Origin: a bacterium
GTDB taxonomy: Bacteria > Patescibacteriota > Microgenomatia > Daviesbacterales > UBA10151
DNA length: 64,000 bases
Reading direction: 5' to 3'
NCBI GenBank assembly: GCA_021786315.1
Contig: JAJYNN010000002.1
Span: 270,997 to 334,996, forward strand
Program-made: the position numbers and the translations under genes
Shown: piece by piece, positions 58,749 to 64,000 of the stretch
Position numbering within the stretch: position 1 is the stretch's first letter
Layout of the letters: every line of letters begins with the position of its first letter
The notes under the pieces: generated by a model
Told to the model about the DNA's origin: nothing
Seen by the model: only the letters and a program-made list of their open reading frames with translations
The model's database searches: none

Positions 58749-59741
58749 ATGTCAGACGGTATTTCCGCAGTTTTATATCTCCACCCTAAGTCTTGGCAGT
58801 TTTTACGGGCGGATAAAATTGATATCTTTCCGGCAAAAGTATCCAATTTAGGGCGTTTATTAAAAAAAGAAAATATTAAAGATAAAAAGATAGCAATCCT
58901 TTTGGATGATTCCTTAATCCATAAAAAAGAGATCTCTTTAGAAGACCCGGAAAAAGCCCAAAATGATTATGAGGATTTTTTAAAAGGGCTCCTGATTGAT
59001 GAAGGCAACTTAGCCAGTGTCAAAGTTTATGAAGGTAATACTTTAAGTGCTTTGGTGGTTGATAAGTCTTTCTATCAAGGGGTTCAGTCCTTAATTAAAG
59101 AGAAGGGCGCGAAAGTTGAGGCTGTTTTACCCGGGTCGTTTTTAGAAATTAAGGAACTCAGTAAGGGAAGCTTAGAGCTGATTATTCAGAATAAGGCTTC
59201 TTTTCATAAGTTTAACTTTATTAAGGAAACAAAAAGCCATCTTTTAACCCCCCCAAAAAATATTTCGGGAAAGAAGACCAAGCCTGACAGGAAAAATTCC
59301 TTGTTTTGGGCGGTTTTAGGATTAATCCTGCTTGTTGGGGGAGGCATGTATGTGAATAAAGACAAGCTTTTTAATTTAAAACAAAATATCCCCCTAAAAA
59401 AACAAGTTGCGCAAGTCCCATCCCAAAATGAATCCAGCCCTTCAGCTGGTACTCAGTTGTCGCTCCGGGAAGGAGTTAAAATCCAGATATTAAACGCTTC
59501 CGGAATAAAGGGATTGGCGGGTAAGGTTCAGGATAAGCTGGAGGCGGTGGGGTATACCAATATCGTGGTGGATAGCTTAAGCCAAGTTCAAAGGGGCAAC
59601 TCGGTTGTTGTTTTTGGCCCGAATATCCAGGCAGATTTAGCTTCAGAAATTAAAGATGCGGTAAAAAAGATTGATAAAAATGTGGAAGAAGTGGCAACCA
59701 AAAGCGCGGAATTTGATGCGGTGGTGACGATCAAAAGATAG
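58749..59741 (+). CDS. Membrane protein with LytR C-terminal domain
   Basis: IQILNASGIKGLAGKV after a TM helix. Confidence 0.8.
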   Translation: MSDGISAVLYLHPKSWQFLRADKIDIFPAKVSNLGRLLKKENIKDKKIAILLDDSLIHKKEISLEDPEKAQNDYEDFLKGLLIDEGNLASVKVYEGNTLSALVVDKSFYQGVQSLIKEKGAKVEAVLPGSFLEIKELSKGSLELIIQNKASFHKFNFIKETKSHLLTPPKNISGKKTKPDRKNSLFWAVLGLILLVGGGMYVNKDKLFNLKQNIPLKKQVAQVPSQNESSPSAGTQLSLREGVKIQILNASGIKGLAGKVQDKLEAVGYTNIVVDSLSQVQRGNSVVVFGPNIQADLASEIKDAVKKIDKNVEEVATKSAEFDAVVTIKR

Positions 59742-59761
59742 GGCTACTGAAAATAGATTTT

Positions 59762-59948
59762 TGGTTAGGGTATACAGGAGAAAAGCTTCAAAGGGATAAA
59801 ATTAATATTTTCAAGCTTTAAAGCCTGAGATATCAAAGACAAACCTTCTTCGCCTACTTCCTTAAAATTTTCGTTTTGGATCCCGGTTTAACAGGGAAGC
59901 TTGCCCGGTTGCCCGGTTGGGCTTCCCTGCTTGTGGGATGTGGAGGGG
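59762..59948 (-). ncRNA. Structured 3' trailer of unit A (homologous to 60619-60813)
   Basis: Shared hairpins GGGAAGC..GCTTCCC and TTGATAT-TCARGC..GCTTGA-ATATTAA; pairs with the unit A leader. Confidence 0.7.
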
Positions 59949-60371
59949 CTAGGATTGGATGTCTGATCGAGTTATTTCTCTCGACATGCGGGCGACCAAG
60001 ATGGCTTGGCAAATCAGAAGAAATGCCGGCGCAATAATGATCGCTTGACCGATAATGGTTTGACCGAGAGTTACATAAATCAGCCCCACATCAACGCTTG
60101 AAATCACGATGATTGGGATCATCATCAGGGCCGCCGATTTGGGGCGGATGATGAAAGTGCTAAGGACGAGCAGGGCGGCAACCCCGATCATTGTCCTCTG
60201 TGAGAACAATGCGGTCGATGTTCCGTCGATTACTGAGTAACCGATGTACGCCATGATTAAAATGGAGACCACTGTACTAAGCCAGGTTTTTGATCCCTGG
60301 ACTGCGGCCGCGGTGTTAGCCATTGATTGGTTTGATTGCCGACGGTTGCTGATAGCCTGGTCGCTCAACAT
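59949..60371 (-). CDS. Hypothetical 4-TM membrane protein (unit A cargo)
   Basis: AGGAGG SD; four hydrophobic segments. Confidence 0.75.
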   Translation of the reverse strand: MLSDQAISNRRQSNQSMANTAAAVQGSKTWLSTVVSILIMAYIGYSVIDGTSTALFSQRTMIGVAALLVLSTFIIRPKSAALMMIPIIVISSVDVGLIYVTLGQTIIGQAIIIAPAFLLICQAILVARMSREITRSDIQS

Positions 60372-60602
60372 TTAGTTTCCTCCTAAGCCATTTATACGTC
60401 ACGGGCGTTAAAAAATTTCACCCGTAACGGATCCAAAGTTATATATTTTTAAGGTCCGCTCAGCTTCAAGAAGCGAGTGGCCTGTATACCCTGTTAAAGT
60501 TCTCTGTCCCGTCGTGTTTGCCAAAAGCAAAAAATCTACCGCATAACGATAGATCCACAGGAAAGATAGGGTAATTATAATACTATGGGTCTTAAAAATC
60601 AA
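60372..60602 (-). promoter_or_regulatory. Promoter and structured boxA-containing 5' leader of unit A
   Basis: TTGATT-N17-TATAAT (60602-60574); GAACTTTAACA; homologous to 61597-61789. Confidence 0.75.
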
Positions 60603-60618
60603 GTTTTGGGGGTACAAA

Positions 60619-60813
60619 TTGGGTCAGGGTATACAGACGGGGACTTTGCAAAGGATGCAGTTAATATTTTTCAAGCAAAAGCTTGAGATATCAAAAGCAA
60701 ATTTTGCTTTTTCCTTTGTCTTGGACTATTCCTTGGGATCCCCTCTGGTAGGGAAGCTTGGTCCTGGATTAAATCCAGGATTACGCTTCCCAACCTGGAA
60801 GGGATATTGTGGA
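60619..60813 (-). ncRNA. Structured 3' trailer of unit B
   Basis: Homologous to the unit A trailer with compensatory changes; pairs with the unit B leader. Confidence 0.7.
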
Positions 60814-61596
60814 TCAGCGATCTATCCGATACGCTTCGAAGACCCCAGATTGAGGCGGAAAGAAGTGCTTTTCGCCGGATTTGAAGGTCAGGCCGGTGGC
60901 TTTGTCCCGAAGTGCCCAACCGGGCTTCACGGTGGCGAAGAGTTGGGCTCCCTGAGGGAACTGGATCGAGTGGGTCTCGGGCTTGAACGAGTAGGAAACG
61001 ATGTTTCCGTCGTAGGAAAGCTCTGCCTGCTCGACCGTGCCATTGAACATGGAAGCGACCGATGTGATAGGGTCTTGAGTGCTCCACCAAGAACTGACCA
61101 ACATCCCAAGGGCGATGATAGCGACTACGAGTGCAGCCGTTGCTGCGGCAGCTAGCCACGGTTGGTTTGCTACTTGGTTGGTGGTCCGGGCCTGAGGCCT
61201 GTTGCTCATCTGCCGTGCTATGGCTTGGGTTTGCACCCGAAGCATTTGCGATTCAGCCATGATTAGACCAGTCTCTGCCCTTCTCCTGTCTGCTTCGGCC
61301 TCGATCAACCGGGTTTCAGCCTTTACCTGTGCGGCTTGGGCATCGACCAGCCTGATATTGGCGCTCCGCAGCCTGGTGAGCATACGGGTGCAGTAGATTT
61401 GGGCTCTCCTGAGGGAATCCTCTTCTTCCTGCGGGGAAACGATAGTCTGCTCCCGGGAGGCGCCGGGTTCGGTTGTTGCCGCTACCGGAATCTCCTGGGT
61501 GGCGTTGGGGTCGGTGTTGGTTTCCGTGCCGTCCGTTGCCGGTTCGGTTTCGGATTCCTCCAAGACTCCAGTGCCGTTGTCTCCTGCCATTGTCAC
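60814..61596 (-). CDS. Hypothetical protein: acidic N-terminus, coiled coil, TM, C-terminal domain (unit B cargo)
   Basis: GGAGG SD; start GTG 61596 or ATG 61590. Confidence 0.75.
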   Translation of the reverse strand: MTMAGDNGTGVLEESETEPATDGTETNTDPNATQEIPVAATTEPGASREQTIVSPQEEEDSLRRAQIYCTRMLTRLRSANIRLVDAQAAQVKAETRLIEAEADRRRAETGLIMAESQMLRVQTQAIARQMSNRPQARTTNQVANQPWLAAAATAALVVAIIALGMLVSSWWSTQDPITSVASMFNGTVEQAELSYDGNIVSYSFKPETHSIQFPQGAQLFATVKPGWALRDKATGLTFKSGEKHFFPPQSGVFEAYRIDR

Positions 61597-61789
61597 TCAT
61601 CCTCCGTAATTAATCCATCTGAACGATACGGGCGTTAAAAATTTCACCCGTAACGGTTCCAAAGTAAATATATATCCAAGACTTACCTACCTTTTAAGGG
61701 GTAGAGTAGTCTGTATACCCTGTTAAAGTGCGTTCTTCCTTAAAGGGAAAAACTTTGCGTATTATAATACTATGGGATCCTAAAGTCAA
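61597..61789 (-). promoter_or_regulatory. Promoter and structured boxA-containing 5' leader of unit B
   Basis: TTGACT-N17-TATAAT (61789-61761); GCACTTTAACA. Confidence 0.75.
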
Positions 61790-61866
61790 AAAATTTAGAC
61801 CTATAATTAAGAATCTACAAGAACTACAGGCTTGTTTAGGTGTGAATAAGAGAAAGCCCTATAGGA

Positions 61867-62094
61867 TTGAATTGCACTTGACAGCTTGGTATAATAGATA
61901 GTAACAAAGCGGGTAACCCCAGACATAGGCTGTTTGGTGTGTTGTCCTATTTGCAATTATTTTAACTTTGCACTTTGACAGTTTGTTGGAAAGTATCTAG
62001 GAGCCTGGGCTCTTTTTGGTTATAAACATATCTTGTAGCCGGAAAGAGCCTAAGGCTCATATTTTTTTGGCTAAGAGCCAGAAAGGACGACAGG
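61867..62094 (+). promoter_or_regulatory. Promoter and structured boxA-containing 5' leader of unit C
   Basis: TTGAAT-N17-TATAAT; TGCACTTTGACA; long hairpin 62001-62058. Confidence 0.65.
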
Positions 62095-62424
62095 TTGAAA
62101 CTGGGGATGTTGACGGGAAGAGTGAAAGCGTTTAGCAGACAGATGGGACGAGGCCATGCGGTTACCCCAGGGGGGAAGAGAATCATCTTCTATGATGATG
62201 GTCGCAAGGTCTACACCAAAGCAAACGCTGGTCTGAACAACGGTAACGGGATCGAGGTCCATGGTCGTGGCAGATTTGTTGACGATCGTGACCCGCGCAA
62301 GGGCGACACGCTCCTCTTTGAGAGGGTGAAAAGAACCCGCAGTGGTTACAAAGGGCGTTCCTGGATTATCAAGGTAAGGACAGGAAACACCGTAACATGC
62401 TCAATTGCTGATGCAATAGCCTAA
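62095..62424 (+). CDS. Divergent cold-shock-domain-like (OB-fold) protein
   Basis: TGRVKAFS..GRGHAV..GGKRIIFY..KGDTLLFE..GYKG follows CSD spacing. Confidence 0.55.
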   Translation: MKLGMLTGRVKAFSRQMGRGHAVTPGGKRIIFYDDGRKVYTKANAGLNNGNGIEVHGRGRFVDDRDPRKGDTLLFERVKRTRSGYKGRSWIIKVRTGNTVTCSIADAIA

Positions 62425-62440
62425 ATAAGGAGGCATCAGG

Positions 62441-62674
62441 ATGCGGACAGTTGGTTGCACTCCTCTGGGTCACAAGGTGACGGTGGAATGGACCAAGCGA
62501 GATGGTCGTTGGGGAAATCATGTCTTTGTCTACAACAAGGGCAGGGTTCCTCAAAGAATCCGTCATGCTTCGAACGAAGCGCCAGGGATGGTTGCTCAAG
62601 AGCTGGTAAACGGCAAGAGGGCCTATCCCGAGATTGACGAAACTAATCAAGAAAGATTGGGAGGAAGAGGATGA
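62441..62674 (+). CDS. Hypothetical protein (unit C)
   Basis: AAGGAGG SD before ATG; coupled to the next gene by ATGA. Confidence 0.65.
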   Translation: MRTVGCTPLGHKVTVEWTKRDGRWGNHVFVYNKGRVPQRIRHASNEAPGMVAQELVNGKRAYPEIDETNQERLGGRG

Positions 62675-62976
62675 ATGCAAGTCTGGTTTTAGCAGGTAAG
62701 GTTTCCCATTCCAACGGTGGCTCGAAAGTTCTCGCCGGTGCGACTCAATGTGCCGAGGACACGCTCAAGGTGCTTCATAAGATGTGTTGCGACCGGGGGC
62801 CGGTTTTTCCAGGACGAGTTCCTGATTGTCTCCCTGTCGCCAAGAAGTTAGGCATCAAGCAGGAGAATGTGATTATTGCAGGTCTTTATGAGCTGCATGA
62901 TCGCGGCTTAGTCCGGTATCTGGGAGGCGATCGGTTTGTCCCCTTTGGAGAGAAAATCCTTTCTTACGATATCTAA
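62671..62976 (+). CDS. Hypothetical protein, possible winged helix (unit C)
   Basis: GGAGG SD; VAKKLGI..GLYELHDRGLVRY. Confidence 0.6.
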   Translation: MNASLVLAGKVSHSNGGSKVLAGATQCAEDTLKVLHKMCCDRGPVFPGRVPDCLPVAKKLGIKQENVIIAGLYELHDRGLVRYLGGDRFVPFGEKILSYDI

Positions 62977-63075
62977 TACTTTCCCAACAACTGAATAGCG
63001 CAAAGACTCAGGCGCCGACCGGCAGGTGAGTTGGAATAGCCAACTCTTAACTTGCCCTAAGGCGCCTCTTTGCTA
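62976..63075 (+). ncRNA. 3' trailer of unit C: leader-pairing strand plus long hairpin
   Basis: ATACTTTCCCAACAACTG complementary to 61979-61996; GCAAAGA-AGGCGCC-GGCAGG-GAGTTGG hairpin. Confidence 0.6.
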
Positions 63076-63076
63076 T

Positions 63077-63298
63077 CTAGACATCTATTTCAAAAATTTT
63101 GTGTTTGGATTTTGCTCCGGATATAAGCCTGACGTTTGATTTACCGGTTTTAAAATATTCCGCTAGGGAAGTAAGTGTGGCCTGGTTGGCCTTACCTTCT
63201 AAAGGAGGCTGGTTGACATAAACATGCAACTCCCCAAAAAGATCCTTCTCAATCCTTTCCTTTTTGGCATTTGGGTGCACAATCACCGAAACCTTCAC
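63077..63298 (-). CDS. DUF167/YggU family protein
   Basis: VHPNAKK, PPLEGKAN, LISGAKSKHK. Confidence 0.9.
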   Translation of the reverse strand: MKVSVIVHPNAKKERIEKDLFGELHVYVNQPPLEGKANQATLTSLAEYFKTGKSNVRLISGAKSKHKIFEIDV

Positions 63299-63369
63299 AA
63301 CTTATTTTACCTCATAACGACCGCAAACAGACCTTTGACTTTGATATAGCCCAGGATATAATAGGTCAA

Positions 63370-64000
63370 ATGATCAGGTTGGAAACAGAATTAAACGATC
63401 GCTGGAATGGTCTTTGGCAAAGGCTGGGTGCGACTGGCAATCCTGATATTCCGTTTGGGGAGATAATGACTCGCTACAGTGAACCCGGACGCCATTACCA
63501 CACCTCGCTTCATATTAAAAACTGTTTAGATCAATTGGAATTAGTGAGAGAATTGGTTACTGATACTAATGCTTTGGAATTTGCAATCTGGACTCATGAT
63601 GTTATTTACGATCCTAAAGCACCTGATAATGAAGAAAAATCGGCTGAATTCGCCAGAGATATACTAGCCCGGGCACAGGTCGTTCCCGCAATGGCGGATA
63701 AAGTTGATCACTTAGTCCAGATTACAAAAACTCATATACCTGGTGACGGTATCGATGAGCAAGTGATGGCTGATATTGATATTTTAATCTTAGGCAGCCA
63801 CCCAATAGTTTATGAGGAATACATGGATGGAATCAGGAAAGAATATACCTCGGTGCCTTTCCACCTGTTCAGAAGGGGAAGACAGAAAGTATTGCAAAGT
63901 TTACTCGGAAGGCTAGAGGCTGGCGAACTATTTCATGTGCCTACATATAGATATAAGTACGAGGAAAGCTCCCGTTATAACCTGTTAGGTGAAGTGAAAG
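63370..64000 (+). CDS. HD-superfamily metal-dependent phosphohydrolase (truncated by window end)
   Basis: Manual translation: YSEPGRHYH..HI, AIWTHDVIYDP..NEEKSA, DID..ILG. Confidence 0.85.
   Translation, partial: MIRLETELNDRWNGLWQRLGATGNPDIPFGEIMTRYSEPGRHYHTSLHIKNCLDQLELVRELVTDTNALEFAIWTHDVIYDPKAPDNEEKSAEFARDILARAQVVPAMADKVDHLVQITKTHIPGDGIDEQVMADIDILILGSHPIVYEEYMDGIRKEYTSVPFHLFRRGRQKVLQSLLGRLEAGELFHVPTYRYKYEESSRYNLLGEVK

Noticed and set aside
383-58846. Many antisense or alternate-frame ORFs in the track (e.g. 383-1045, 15092-15676, 17318-17872, 57944-58402)
   Set aside because: They lie within confidently identified genes and show no protein motifs.
60408-61159. Track ORFs 60408-60617, 60619-61155 and 60671-61159
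   Set aside because: They overlap the structured leader/trailer or the SD-led 260-aa ORF and have no credible RBS; shadow frames.
59767-61722. Units A/B as IS or MITE elements bounded by AGGGTATACAG terminal inverted repeats
   Set aside because: No transposase and no evident target duplication; the conserved promoter and boxA lie outside the repeats; internal helices include G-U pairs on the transcribed strand. Not fully excluded.
59762-63075. Group I/II intron, retron or integron attC interpretation of the scaffolds
   Set aside because: No group II domain V, group I P7 core, reverse transcriptase, integrase or clear RYYYAAC/GTTRRRY attC pair recognised.
1-64000. tRNA, rRNA, tmRNA or RNase P genes
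   Set aside because: No cloverleaf or conserved rRNA/tmRNA/RNase P motifs recognised by eye in the intergenic gaps; tRNAscan-SE/Infernal would be decisive.

Overview
64 kb of a bacterial chromosome (genetic code 11) that looks like a Patescibacteria/CPR genome, probably Microgenomates. This is inferred from the gene set: short EF-Ts, PPIase-less trigger factor, archaeal/eukaryote-type ProRS, a VirD4-like ATPase, and mostly leaderless genes. The left half is mainly housekeeping (dprA, Clp ATPase, topA, pyrG, rpsB-tsf-frr-rseP, proS, tig, rpsU, ybeY, dnaX-ybaB-recR, cysS, gdhA). It also holds an unusual pyrimidine cluster: three dUTPase/dCTP-deaminase paralogs and an MtrA-like/thymidylate-synthase/DUF4346 fusion. 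The right half is accessory: envelope-modifying SGNH and GT-C genes, an FMN-flavinylation redox module, a BlaI-regulated MacAB-like operon, DsbA/DsbB, purA and GH18. Most notable: (1) at 59.7-63.1 kb, three transcription units have unrelated, SD-led orphan ORFs enclosed by a strong sigma70 promoter, a boxA-like motif and a long 5'-leader/3'-trailer helix, as in an rRNA operon. Two of them share a homologous multi-helix RNA scaffold with compensatory changes. (2) proS is preceded by a transcriptional T-box with an ultra-short, actinobacterial-ileS-like Stem I carrying a Pro (CCC) specifier. (3) Small repeat/palindrome elements occur both between genes and in-frame inside dprA, dnaX, gdhA and dus. 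No rRNA, tRNA, CRISPR array or transposase was recognised. All calls come from motif recognition by eye; no searches were run.
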